Below, piece by piece: positions 37,811-50,825 of a stretch of 64,000 bases of DNA. Each line of letters starts with the position of its first letter. The first letter of the stretch is position 1. Under the pieces are notes generated by a model. The model was not told where the DNA came from, searched no databases, and saw only the letters and a program-made list of their open reading frames with translations. The position numbers and the translations under genes were made by a program. The stretch covers positions 124,001 through 188,000 of the forward strand of contig NIVC01001100.1 in the NCBI GenBank assembly GCA_002269645.1, in the 5' to 3' direction. Origin of the DNA: Macrostomum lignano. Lineage: Eukaryota.

Positions 37811-40010
37811 ATGGACAACAATGGTGTTCTTGATGATGATTTGGCAACGAAAGTGAGTAACTAATTAAAATTATGATACTTCTAATGTATAGCACAAATA
37901 TTAAAAATAGCAAGCTAGTATTAGGTTGCTTTGTATCCACTAATTGCCACTGATTCCGATTTCTAAAAAAACCTTATAAATATGATCCACAGAATACTGA
38001 CTCTATGATCTACAGAATACTGACCCTATGATCCACAGAATACTGTCCCTATGATCCACAGAATACTGTCCCTATGATCCACAGAATACTGACACTATGA
38101 TCCACAGAATACTGACCCTATGATCCACAGAATACTGACCCTATCATCCACAGACTCCTGACCCTATCATCCACAGACTCCTGACCCTATCATCCACAGA
38201 CTCCTGACCCTATCATCCACAGACTCCTGACCCTATAATCCACAGACTCCTGACCCTATGATCCACAGACTCCTGACCCTATGATCCAGACTCCTGACCG
38301 TATGATCCAGACTCCTGACCCTATGATCCACAGACTCCTGACCGTATCATCCACAGACTCCTGACCCTATCATCCACAGACTCCTGTCCCTATGATGTAG
38401 GGAATATTTTCCCTTGTGAACTATCCTAGTTCATTCCATCCGTTTAACAATTATAGCGCTCTCCACTGATATTTAGTTATATAGATTAATTTTTTTCTAT
38501 TAAAAATTCAGCGCGACAGACAAAGCAGCGAGAGACGACAGCTGACCGCCACCGCTCGGGAGGTGAAACGACGCGAGGACGAAAATCGAATTAAACGGGT
38601 TTGTTTGCCTAGTTATGTGCTTTGTAACTGGGATATTTGCAGAAATCTGAACCCTGTGACCTCTGCTTTCATGACCTTGGTTTGACATCTGGACCCTGTG
38701 ACGTTTCATGACCTTGGTTTGAACCTGAACCCTGTGACCTCTACTTTCATGACCTTGGTTTGAATCTGAACCCTGTAACCTCTCATGACCTTGGTTTGAA
38801 CCTGAACCCTGTGACCTCTACTTTGATGGCCTTGGTTTGAACCTGAACCCTGTGACCTCTGCTTTCATGACCTTGGTTTGACATCTGGACCCTGTGACGT
38901 TTCATGACCTTGGTTTGAACCTGAACCCTGTGACCTCTACTTTCATGACCTTGGTTTGAATCTGAACCCTGTAACCTCTCATGACCTTGGTTTGAACCTG
39001 AACCCTGTGACCTCTACTTTGATGGCCTTGGTTTGAACCTGAACCCTGTGACCTCTACTTTCATGACCTTGGTTTGACATCTGGACCCTGTGACGTTTCA
39101 TGACCTTGGTTTGAACCTGAACCCTGTGACCTCTACTTTCATGACCTTGGTTTGACATCTGGACCCTGTGACGTTTCATGACCTTGGTTTGAACCTGAAC
39201 CCTGTGACCTCTACTTTCATTACCTTGGTTTGAATCTGAACCCTGTGACCTTGGTTTGAATCTGAACCCTGTGACCTCTCATGACCTTGGTTTGAATCTG
39301 AACCCTGTGACCTCTCATGACCTTGGTTTGAATCTGAACCCTGTGACCTTGGTTTGAATCTGAACCCTGTGACCTCTCATGACCTTGGTTGGAATCTGAA
39401 CCCTGTGACCTTGGTTTGAATCTGAACCCTGTGACCTCTCATGACCTTGGTTTGAACCTGAACCCTGTGACCTCTGCTTTCATGACCTCAGCAAGAAGAG
39501 CGCGCAGCGGACGGCGGCTCTTACACTTCTTCATCAAAGCGAGGCGGCGGCGGTGCAGGCCGTCGGGCCAGCGACTTCAGCGTCGACAGCTGCAGTCTGG
39601 GCAGCGACCAGCAGCCCGGCAACGCCGCCGATCGTCTGAACGCCCTGACGGAGCTGCGGGAGCAGCTGGCCGCCATGGAGGCTCAGTACGAGCGGGCGCT
39701 GTGCGGCAACGCGGAGCTGGCCAGCGAGAAGCAGGTGCTGGCTTACGAAGCCGCCCTGCTGGCCGACAAGCTGGAAGACGCCGAGGAGGCCAACAGGGAA
39801 CTGCAGAGAGCGTTTGCCGACAAAAGAAAGGAGAGCGCCTATTTGAAAAATCAGGTGGGTGCGCGTGTATTGTTTGTTGTTGTGGTTGTCTTGGCAACTT
39901 CAAATTGTCCATCCCATGCTTGCGTTGCGATGAATTCCTCAACCTCTAAATTCAACTAACAGTCCTGATGTGGCTTTCTGCTTCGGGGGAGTCAGGTCTG
40001 CCTGTCTTGG

Positions 40011-40099
<89 letters not shown>

Positions 40100-43000
40100 T
40101 AGTGTCTGTCTGCCTGTCTTGGTGTCTGTCTGCCTGTCTTGGTGTCTGTCTGCCTGTCTTGGTGTCTGTCTGCCTGTCTTGGTGCCTGTCTGCCTGTCTT
40201 GGTGTCTGTCTGTCTATCTAAGTGGCAATATGCCTGTCTGAGCCACTCTGCTCTTTAACCCTAGCTGCTAGCAGGCCTGTATTTAAAGCGAGTCGCGTGC
40301 CCTCCCCCCTGCCCGCCGCCAGGTGTCTGAGCTCACCCACCAGTGCGAGTACGTGAGGCGGCAGCTGGAGCAGCGAGATCAGCTGATCGCCCAGTCCGAC
40401 TGCGTGCTGCTGGGCGAATTTGACTCCATCGCCCCCAACGTCGAATCCAAATCGTCTGTTCACCATGACAACGGAGACGCCGGCGCCGGACTCCTGTTGC
40501 CAAGACAACTGGCCGAGCGGGTACAGGCGCTGCCGGGATCCAGCCTGGAGGGGAAGCTGCGCGGCGCTCTGGACGAACTGGCCGCAGTGCAGGCCAAGAA
40601 GGAACTGCTGGAGAAGGAGGTGCGTTTGTTATTCGATTGTTTGCCGTGATTAGTGTTGGTAACAGCTATAATGAGTGTCAGTAGCGGCCATAGACAAAAG
40701 TGTCAGTAGCGGCCATAGACAAAAGTGTCAGTAGCGGCCATAGACAAAAGTGTCAGTAGCGGCCATAGACAAAAGTGTCAGTAGCGGCCATAGACAAAAG
40801 TGTCAGTAGCGGCCATAGACAAAAGTGTCAGTAGCGGCCATAGACAAAAGTGTCAGTAGCGGCCATAGACAAAAGTGTCGGTAGCGGCCAATTATCGAAC
40901 CAAAGAGTCCTGAGAGGCTCCGCATCATCCACTCTAAGAGCCACCCCCTCCGTCCCGCCGCCCTGCAGGTGCAGCAGCTCCAAGACGATCTGGAGCGGGC
41001 CAATCGAGGCCGAGTGGACACCGATCAATTGGAGAAGCAGCGGGAGGCGGCCAGGCAGCTCAGCGATCACAAATACAAGCTGGCCACTGCGCAGCAGCAG
41101 ATCACAGCTCTGCAGGCCGATGTGAGCACATTTAGCGGGGACTCACGTCTGACTTTCATTTATTGTCACTGTTGCTAAGTTTTACTGGCGTTATTAAATG
41201 TTGTTTTAAACATGTTTAGCTACCAACGTAGAATATTTGCTCTCACTACATCGATATAGATGGCGAAATCATATTAATCATATTAGATGGAGATTAGAAC
41301 AAGATAAAGGTGCGATCAAGGTAGATAAAGGTGAGATTAGATTAGATAAGAGGTTAGATTAGGTTTGATGAGAGATGAGATATCGAGGTAGATAAGGATG
41401 AGATCAAGGTAGATAGATAGAAGTGAGATCAAGGTAGATAGATAGAAGTGAGATCAATGTAAATAGAGGTGAGATCAAGGTAGATAGAGATCAGATCAAG
41501 GTAGATAGAGGTGAGATAAAGGTAGATAGAGGTGAGATCAAGGTAGATAGAGGTGAGATCAAGGTAGATAGATAGGAGTGAGATCAATTTAGATACATAG
41601 AGGTGAGATCAAGGTAGATAGAGATGAGATCAAGGTAGATAGATAGAGATGAGATCAAGGTAGATAGAGATGAGATCAAGGTAGATAGATAGAGGTGAGA
41701 TCAAGGCAGATAGATAGAGGTGAGATCAAGGTAGATAGATAGAGGTGAGATCAAGGCAGATAGATAGAGGTGAGATCAAGGCAGATAGATAGAGGTGAGA
41801 TCAAGGCAGATAGATAGAGGTGAGATCAAGGTAGATAGATAGAGGTGAGATCAAGGCAGATAGAGGTGAGATCAAAGTAGATAGATAGAGATGAGATCAA
41901 GGAGGTAGATGGATTGAGATGAGATCAAGGTAGATAGATAGAGATGAGATCAAGGTAGATAGATGAGATCAAGGAAGATAGATAGAGGTGAGATCAAGGT
42001 AGATAGATTGAGATCAAGGCAGATAGAGGTTAAATCCAAGGCTAGAGTGAGATCCACAAATTAGATCAAGAATCTAATCTAGACAGACTGAATCGAAGTA
42101 GTTAGATTAGATTAATTTAATGAGTGATTAGATTCATTTAGAGGTTTAAATCCAACCTTATATGTTCAACAATTAAATGTTGGGTCTGAATTTGTCTAAT
42201 TCATTTTGCTCTGTAAAGCTGACAGCCTAAATTAGCTTATCTCACCTTGCAGGTGACACTGCAGAAAGACAAGGTTTGATTAAAATGGAATATTGTCCAA
42301 GTCTGTCCAGTTTTGTAAAGTGTCAGCCATCGGCAAGGCGGCATGCCTCGATCCCGTAGTGAAGTTTTTTTCCAGATAAACAAAGTGTTATTCGGTCTGC
42401 GCGTATTCACGTCGCAAAAATATGTTTTATTACGTATTACTACTTTAAATGCCTGATTAACTCCTTGATTGCCCTGGCATTCCGCTCTCTTCTCGTCTCG
42501 TCTCTACCCGCAATGTCTGGGGTCTTGCTGTTTTCTCTGCTTTTAGCAAAAGAAGCAATGCCGTGTGCAGCGAGGGGGGGGTGGTTTGGCCATCTGCGAT
42601 GCATTTTGGCCAGATTTGTGAACTGATGAACTTTTTCGTTTATGCACGCGTTTCGCCTACTTGTCAGTGCTAGTAGTATTATGCGGGCAATGCTAGCAAT
42701 ATGCAGTTAGTAGTAGTTGGAATGCCAATTGGTCTGTCATTTTTATCCTGCTAGATTGCTGATTTTTTTAACCAGAGATTGATGATCGCTTGCTTGTGTT
42801 TGTACGGGTCCTGACGGGTCTGAATTTATCTCAGAAGTCCTCAGGGAACCCCCATGGAATGCCAAGTCCTAGGTAATTTAAGGGTATAACAAGTCCTAAT
42901 AGAATTCCCAGGGTATTCTAAGTCCTAAGAGTATACCAAGTCCTAATGGAATTCCCCAAGGGTATTCCAATTCCTAAGGGAATTCCCCAGGGCATACCAA

Positions 43001-43466
43001 GTCCTAATGGAATTCCCCAAGGGTATTCCAATTCCTAAGGGAATTCCCCATGGCATACCAAGTCCTAATGGTATTCCTCAAGGGTATTCCAATTCGTAAG
43101 GGAATTCCCCAGAGCACGTCAAGTCCTAATGGAATTCCCAAGGGTATTTTTCCCAAGCGATTCCTCTGGCGCTTGCTCCTGAGCTGCTGGTTACCTTAGC
43201 CAACCTAGCCAAGCCAGTCTATTGCTAAACCGCTTCAGGTGATCCGGCTGGAAGGTCAGGTGAAGCGGCTCACGAAGAAGGCAGAGGAGGCTGACGAAGA
43301 GTGCGGCCAGGCCAAGGCGGAGGCGCGCAACCAGAAGCGGCTGGCCAGGGAGCTCGCCAGCGAGGTGGAGGATTTGAAATCTCAGAACAACAGCCTGCGC
43401 CGGAATCTGGAACGGCTGCGGGCGCCGGGCGGCGGCAAAAGTGCTGGCGGCGGCGACGCCTCTTAG
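37811..43466 (+). CDS. LRRFIP2: Leucine-rich repeat flightless-interacting protein (LRRFIP1/2 family) coiled-coil protein; exons 37811-37852, 38512-38598, 39492-39854, 40323-40619, 40969-41121, (42253-42273), 43239-43466
   Basis: Family motifs ELREQLAAMEAQYERALCGNAELASEKQVLAYE, QLEQRDQLIAQ, QREAARQLSDHKYKLATAQQQITALQAD and VIRLEGQVKRL..AKAEARNQKR..EVEDLKSQNNSLRRNLERLRA correspond to the LRRFIP coiled-coil blocks. All modelled exons are multiples of 3 with GT-AG phase-0 junctions. LRRFIP1 versus LRRFIP2 cannot be resolved. Confidence 0.88.
37980..38395. repeat. 23-nt minisatellite (tgatccacagaatactgacccta), LRRFIP intron 1
   Basis: Direct reading. Confidence 0.93.
38645..39488. repeat. Variable-length minisatellite (catgaccttggtttgaacctgaaccctgtgacctctacttt), LRRFIP intron 2
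   Basis: Direct reading; runs into the splice acceptor. Confidence 0.95.
39995..40218. repeat. (TCTG)n plus 20-nt cctgtcttggtgtctgtctg repeat, LRRFIP intron 3
   Basis: Direct reading. Confidence 0.92.
40675..40888. repeat. 25-nt minisatellite (tgtcagtagcggccatagacaaaag) x about 8, LRRFIP intron 4
   Basis: Direct reading. Confidence 0.95.
41310..42050. repeat. gagatcaaggtagatagatagaggt-type purine-rich repeat, LRRFIP intron 5
   Basis: Direct reading. Confidence 0.92.
42860..43150. repeat. About 30/60-nt caagtcctaatggaattcccc-type repeat before the last LRRFIP exon
   Basis: Direct reading. Confidence 0.85.
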
Positions 43467-43894
43467 GGTTCGAGTCTGAGCACTGCTCATGCTTTGAGAG
43501 TCCACTGCCTTAGCCCCAACCCCTGCCTGTTGATCGGCTCACTTCACTTTCACTGATATATAAAAGTTGTTTTTTAAAAACAATGAAAATTGAAACAATG
43601 TAAGCTTTATATTATAATATTCGGTTTCGTATGAAGGCTTACTAAGTCAAGTTAATGAAGGCCTTAGTTTAATTTGTAAAAAGTGCCTGTTTATTGCTGT
43701 GCTGTGTCTGCGAGAGATCAGATATTAGCCTGACTCTACATGTATGCTATATTTTATTACAGGTTCGATGCGCACTATGCAGCCTGCCATTTATAGAATA
43801 TACCCGGAGTCCGTATTGATGTAGTCCTTTACTCAGTTGAGGTTTGTTGAACTCCCTATGCATGTAGTCATGACCTGCATAGCTGGTTAGATCT

Positions 43895-44045
43895 TCCCCT
43901 CTCGCCTTTCCCACTCGCCTTCTCTCCCTCTCGCCCTCTTCCCCTCTCGCTGTCTCCCTTCTCGCCTTCTTCCCCTCTCGCCCTCTTCCCCTCTCGCCCT
44001 CTTCCCCTCTCGCCCTCTTCCCTCTAGCCTTCTTCCCCTCTCTTC
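43895..44045. repeat. ctctcgccctcttcccc-type pyrimidine repeat
   Basis: Direct reading. Confidence 0.85.
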
Positions 44046-44409
44046 ATATCATTTCCCTCCGAGCCCATTAAAACCAGCATTCACCTACTATGACTAATTC
44101 AGTATAATTGCATATTACTAATTGTCAATTGCTATCTACAGAACTGCTTTCACAACAAATTTGGTCTGCCTGCTATTATTTATCAAATTACGTACCAGTG
44201 TCACTCTGATCCGATGTGTATCTTGCTTTCTACGAGTATTTAATCTGGTGCGGCTGCCGCCCTGCCGTTATGATGCTAAGCAGATTAAATTAATCTGTCT
44301 TCCTCTCACCGAGTTTTGTTCGCATCGATTTATTGCTTTCAGTGGAGTCTGTTGGTATAAATACTATGTGAGTTTTGTCTGTTAAAATCATAATTTGACA
44401 AATATCTAT

Positions 44410-45116
44410 GGAATCTGACAATTAGCCCCTATGGGATCTAACAATTAGCTCCTATGGGATCTGACAATTAGCTCCTATAGGATCTGACAACTAGCCCCTA
44501 TGGGATCTGACAATTAGCTCCTATGGGATCCGACAATTAGCTCCTATGGGATCTGACAATTAGCTCCTATGGGATCTGACAATTAGCTCCTATGGGATCT
44601 GACAATTAGCTCCTATGGGATCTGACAATTAGCTCCTATGGGATCTGACAATTAGCTCCTATGGGATCTGACAATTAGCCCCTATGGGATCCGACAATTA
44701 GCTCCTATGGGATCTGACAATTAGCTCCTATGGGATCTGACAATTAGCTCCTATGGGATCTGACAATTAGCTCCTATGGGATCTGACAATTAGCTCCTAT
44801 GGGATCTGACAATTAGCTCCTATGGGATCTGACAAGTAGCCCCTATGGGATCCGACAATTAGCTCCTATGGGATCTGACAATTAGCTCCTATGGGATCTG
44901 ACAATTAGCTCCTATGGGATCTGACAATTAGCTCCTATGGGATCTGACAATTAGCTCCTATGGGATCTGACAATTAGCTCCTATGGGATCTGACAATTAG
45001 CCCCTATGGGATCTGACAATTAGCCCCTATGTGATCTGACAATTAGCTCCTATGGGATCTGACAATTAGCCCCTATGGGATCTGACAATTAGCTCCTATG
45101 GGATCTGACAATTAGT
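44410..45116. repeat. 23-nt minisatellite (gacaattagctcctatgggatct), about 30 copies
   Basis: Direct reading. Confidence 0.96.
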
Positions 45117-45886
45117 TTCGGTGCTTCATTTTTATTATAAAGTACATTTAACCGTGCTCACTTGTTCGCCAGCCTTCAGCATAGAGTGACCACGCGATTG
45201 GGTTCACTTTGTCTGTACATCAAATAATTGCTACAGCTTTTTAACAAAATTCAATCAAGTTCACTCGCACTTAGCTTTGAAAATTGGAGTTAGTTGTGTA
45301 TCTTACTATATAATTTCGTGATATATCTAGGCTGATGCACCAGTTCAGACTTCATAGCCTGTAAAGTTTAACGAAATTTATGATTGATTCATTTGTGTCA
45401 CTTGCCCTGTCACGATTGCAACAACTCGTGTTGTCCCTGTCCGCGTACGTGTGTTTAAATATATTATTCTATCTATATGACTATTGTTTTTGATTACCGA
45501 TTAAAACTGCAATTTTAAATTCAGCAACACGTGCTGTGTGTTTGTAGCTGAGCTAATTATGGCTAATTATAATTGCAATTTCTTTATCTATTATGCCCAG
45601 TGGTGAGGTCTCATCACACAATGGCATACATGTAACAGTGTCTGCACCGGTTCGCTCGTACTTACCAGTTAACTGTCTCACCTATGCTAGTCAAAAAGCA
45701 TTGAGAATTGGCACATGGCGTCTGTAGCTTCAAATTCTCAGCCTGGGAGTCTACGAATGGTTTTGAGTTTCGCGAATATCCCGCAGCCATGCAGGTACTC
45801 TTTGTCTGGCTGTACCCTAACCTGTTTCTGAACCTATTTTTCCTGCCTGCTACCCTTTCTACCTACTTCTCTCCCTACCTATACTC

Positions 45887-48192
45887 TTCGATGCAGAACT
45901 GGAGACTGCAGGACGTCAAGTCCAACTTCAAGGCCAACCAAGTGCGTCTTAAAAGTTTGCACTAGTTGTTAAAAAGCAGTATTTATTATTTAATTTCATT
46001 TTTATTCCTTTGTCATTATAAAAATTTCCCTACTCCTGTAAAATCACAGATAGCACCGCAACCGCTGCTCTACGATAAATCTTCCCTCTCAATCATGCAC
46101 GGCGTCACAGGTGGGCTAGCCGTGTCAACGCGAACTCGATATGTTCCAGACACTGCTCGGACAGAGATGCAGTACAGCATCAATATCCATGTCCAGGACA
46201 CATCCTCTTCGGAATTCCAAGCAGCAGTGCAGTGTACGCTGAAGCACACAAGTCAGGGTTCTCTGCTCTTGTTGCGTCATGGAGTGAGTTCAACGACCAA
46301 GTTCGTCGCTACGTAAAGGCCAACACTTCTGAATTTTCAGACCTCTTTACCTCATGGAGCGGATTCCAGGACGAAGTCCGCCGGTACGTAGAGCAGTACA
46401 CATCGAGATTCTGTGGCATATTTACCTCATGGAGCGGCTTCGATGCTCAAGTGCGGCAGTATGTACTAAGCCATGAAGGAGAATTCGCTACACTTCTTGG
46501 AGTGAGCTCTAAAGCTCCAGACACTTCATCGTCGGAATTCCGTGCTTTAGTTCTTAAATACATCGAAGAAAACAAAACAGACTTCACTAATATCTTTGCA
46601 AGTTGGAACACTTGGCGATCACGTGCGTCTCTATTTGAAGGCCCATACCTCCGAGTTTTTCGACATATTTACGTCGTGGAGTGGCTTTGAATCACAAGTT
46701 CGAATATATATTCAAACGTATAAAGAGCAATACAGCGACTTACAACTCTCCAAAACAGAGGAGATTGACACATCTCCAGAATTCCGCGCCTTGGTGCTGA
46801 GGTACTCCCAAGAGCACAAGCCAGAGTTCTCAGCCATCTTCATCACATGGAGCGAGTTTGGCGACCAAGTGCACCGCTACGCGAAAGAGCACACGTCGGA
46901 GTTCTCCAGCATCTTTGTCTCGTAGAGCGGATTCCGCAGCCAAGTGCGTAGCTACGTGCAGGAGAACACTTCGGAGTTCTCTGACATCTATCTCAACTGG
47001 GAGGGTTTCGAGCCGCAAGTGCGTGAATATGTGCAGAAACAGGAAAGCAAGTTTGTCGAGCTTCTCCCCGTCAGGACTAAAGAGATTGACACTTCGTCGC
47101 CAGAGTTCCGCGCCATGGTGCTGAGATACGTTGAGGAGCACAAATCGGAGTTTACCTTTATCTTCGCCACGTGGAACATTTTCAGCGACTACGTGCAGCG
47201 CTACGTTAAAGAGAACACGTGGGAGTTCACAGAAATCTTCTCCTGGAGCGGAGTCGAAAGTCAGATTAGAAATCATGTGCGTAAGAACTCAGAGAAATTC
47301 TCCGCCCAGATCACTGTGCAGGCGAAGGAGATCGACACGTCGTCGCCAGAATTCCGCGCCTCCGTGCGGAAGTACGTCCAAGCAAACAAGTCAGAATTTA
47401 CCGCCATGTTCGTTACCTGGAACGAGTTCGAGGATCAAGTGCGCCGCTACGTCGAAGAGCACACACATCGGAGTTCTCTAGCATCTTTGTGTCGTGGAGT
47501 GGATTCGAAACTCAAGTTCGGCAGTATATTCGAACACACGAATACAAGTTTAGTGAGCTGAAACAGCCTGATTCCTCGTCACCGGAGTTTCGCTCAATGG
47601 TTTTAAAGTACGTTCGAGAACACTTTCCAGAGTTTCTATGACCTTTTCATCTTAGAGCGCCTTTGAAATTCGGCGTTATGTTCTTCAGCACGATACAGAG
47701 TTTATTGCGTTGCTTGGCTGCATTCGCGAAAAGGATAAACAGACTTTGCAACTGATTTCCTCCAGTGGCTGTTGTAATGAGATTTCATGGACAATTTCTG
47801 AATCTGTTTTTCACTATGAACGAAACGATGAATCTTTATCTGTGATCCATTCAGGCAAACCAGCCGTTGGAATGACGGCCTTTGAGCCACCAAATGCAGC
47901 TGACGAAAGACTTGAAAGAAATTTGTCTGACTTAAGCACAGGATTCTCGTTCGTTCATAGACCTACGCTCGTACAACATCTGGCGACATCAAAACAACTG
48001 AATCAAGAGAGTACATGTCGTTCGGATCTCGAACAGAGTCGGTTCCCTTCGGTGTTCAGGGCATTGTATCGGGAGCTACTGGATCACGCGCCGTTAACAT
48101 CGGCGGATCGGACGGAGAGATGCTAGACTTATCCGGATCGAGAACTAGCCGATATTCAGCCTACCCAGGGAGAGTCGTATGGAATATCGGAT
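45887..48192 (+). pseudogene. Decayed partial duplicate of the plakin-like gene's penultimate exon end, intron and giant exon
   Basis: 45887 onward (ttcgatgcagaactggagactgcaggacgtcaagtcc..) matches 54295 onward, including the intron. It carries about 6 diverged DTSSxEFR units and one 207-nt unit (48009-48192), with frameshifts (about 46615, about 47465) and an in-frame TAG at 46923-46925. Confidence 0.8.
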
Positions 48193-49397
48193 CAACAGTT
48201 TTATAACTCATCTATTAGTATAGCATTTGAATAGGATATGAAGCTCAGAAAAAAAGTAAAATATTTTAGCATAACTTACAGAAACCAACTAACAAAAAAG
48301 CAGTTTAATTGAAGTGCATACTTTGCTGTTGGGATTTTTTTCAGCGACTATTTATCCATAGTTTTTCTTATTTTCGCACTGTTTAGAAAATCGATTTTAA
48401 CCCTGCATGGTTATTAATTTTTTACGCTCTTAAGTTTTACTTTGAACCAAATCTTTATATAGTGTGTAGCTGTCTTTAGTTTTAACAAAATTAACTAACG
48501 TAGAATTAGATTTAAAACTTATGACTACTAGCTCTTATTTATGGTTTTTTAAAGATTTTTCTGAATAACAAAGTTACCCATAATTACACATTTTGCTGAG
48601 TAGAAAGAATTTCAATTAGCTGCGAATTCTTTTACGTAACAATAAATTAACCATTTCTCTTTCGCCAAAAAACTTTTTTACATATTTTTTAAATTAAATA
48701 TATACCAACTAAAGTGCGAAATATTTAACACTCATTAAAACACGATAACTAGTACCAATTTCTTGTTAATCTTTATTTATTACGTCAACGGAAGCGATGT
48801 TCTGTAAGGCGTAAGAGGCACACTGAACAAGTGCGCCATAAGCTTAATTCTCTTGATACTCTGGTGTCCACGGAGAAACCTAGTTGTTTTCCAATTATGA
48901 GCGTAAATGAAAAAAGAGAATTAGAAGAAAACGAAGGTATGGAAAATAAGATTGGAGCAGAGGGGGTGTAAAGATGAATTCAACTCAGCGAGCAGAGCTT
49001 TGCAAAGCAGTTGCGATTCATATGGAGCTCAAGCGGCCAAGCCAAGGAGTGATGGCGAAAGGCTGCGGCTAAAGATGGAATTCTTGCAAACTTTGGAAAA
49101 CTGTCCACCTTGCTTCCTTTTATGAGACAAAAAGTGCCTTATTATTCAAAGCCAGCCGTTAAAGGCGTAAACGTTTTTACCCCGCGAGAGGGGTCAGAGT
49201 GAGCCTGCCAGGGGGGGGGGGGGCAAGAAGAGATGCAGACAGCCCTGAGTCCGTGGGTCGTTCGGTGCGCTTCAAGTAAGTTGGGCGGCAGACTGTCTGG
49301 CCTGCTTTAGAAATGCAGTTCTTCCCACTGTGCCACTCTGCTCTGGTGTGTTGTTTTACGTCTGCGCCTCCATTCTGCTCTGTCTGTGCTTCTCCGC

Positions 49398-49833
<436 letters not shown>

Positions 49834-50397
49834 CCCTATTATCTGTCCACATTAATTATTTATTTCTTTCTATTCTCTCGTGCAGAGCCACCTTTTAATT
49901 TCTATCTCACTTGGTTTTGTTGCATTTTTTAACTCAATGCTGGCTTGAAAAGCTGTAAGAGTTTTTCGCTGCATCTACTTGCTGTTCAAGCGTCGTCAAT
50001 AGGCTTACTTTGGACTCGGGAGGTGCAGTTGAGAAGCTCCACCGCCACTGGACAGTTGCTGAATGAATGCTAAAGGAACAATAGACAGGCAAAAAAGAGA
50101 TTCGGTGGGTCTTTCAATGCCTTTCAATGTTGGGGTTATTAAAGCGGGCAGCCATCTCCAGTATGCGCCTTCTCTGCTGCTCACAGAACCCAGCACTGTT
50201 TTTCTCGAAAGACAGCCCCAGTTCTGACTAAAAATTAGCAAAGCTTTTCAGCGCATTAAACCTACAGTAGCTTAACTCTCCTTGTATTTCAGAAATCTTA
50301 ACTACCCTTTTTCCGAACGGAAGAATCGAGATTTAGTGAGTGGTTTATATTTTTTCGAATCGCTGGAAATTCGATATAGTACTGTATGTTGCTATAT

Positions 50398-50717
50398 GGG
50401 ACTGGAGTGGGATTCTGTAGGGACTGGAGTAGGATTCTGTAGGGACTGAAGTGGGATTCTGTAGGGACTGGAGTAGGATTCTGTAGGGACTGAAGTGGGA
50501 TTCTGTAGGGACTGGAGTGGGATTCTGTAGGGACTGAAGTGGGATTCTGTAGGGACTGAAGTGGGATTCTGTAGGGACTGGAGTGGGATTCTGTAGGGAC
50601 TGAAGTGGGATTCTGTAGGGACTGGAGTGGGATTCTGTAGGGACTGAAGTGGGATTCTGTAGGGACTGAAGTGGGATTCTGTAGGGACTGGAGTGGGATT
50701 CTGTAGGGACTGGAGTG
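50398..50717. repeat. 22-nt minisatellite (gggattctgtagggactggagt)
   Basis: Direct reading. Confidence 0.95.
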
Positions 50718-50825
50718 AGACAATTAAACATCTTTATCATTTGCTTTTGCATGGACCTTGTTGGCATTTTTCGGTTATGGTGACAAAAAAATTTCGTGAA
50801 CTTCACCGCAAATACTCGCTGACAG

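Noticed and set aside
7323-45116. Regular 23-42-nt arrays as CRISPR arrays
   Set aside because: The units are contiguous with no unique spacers, there are no cas genes, and the context is eukaryotic.
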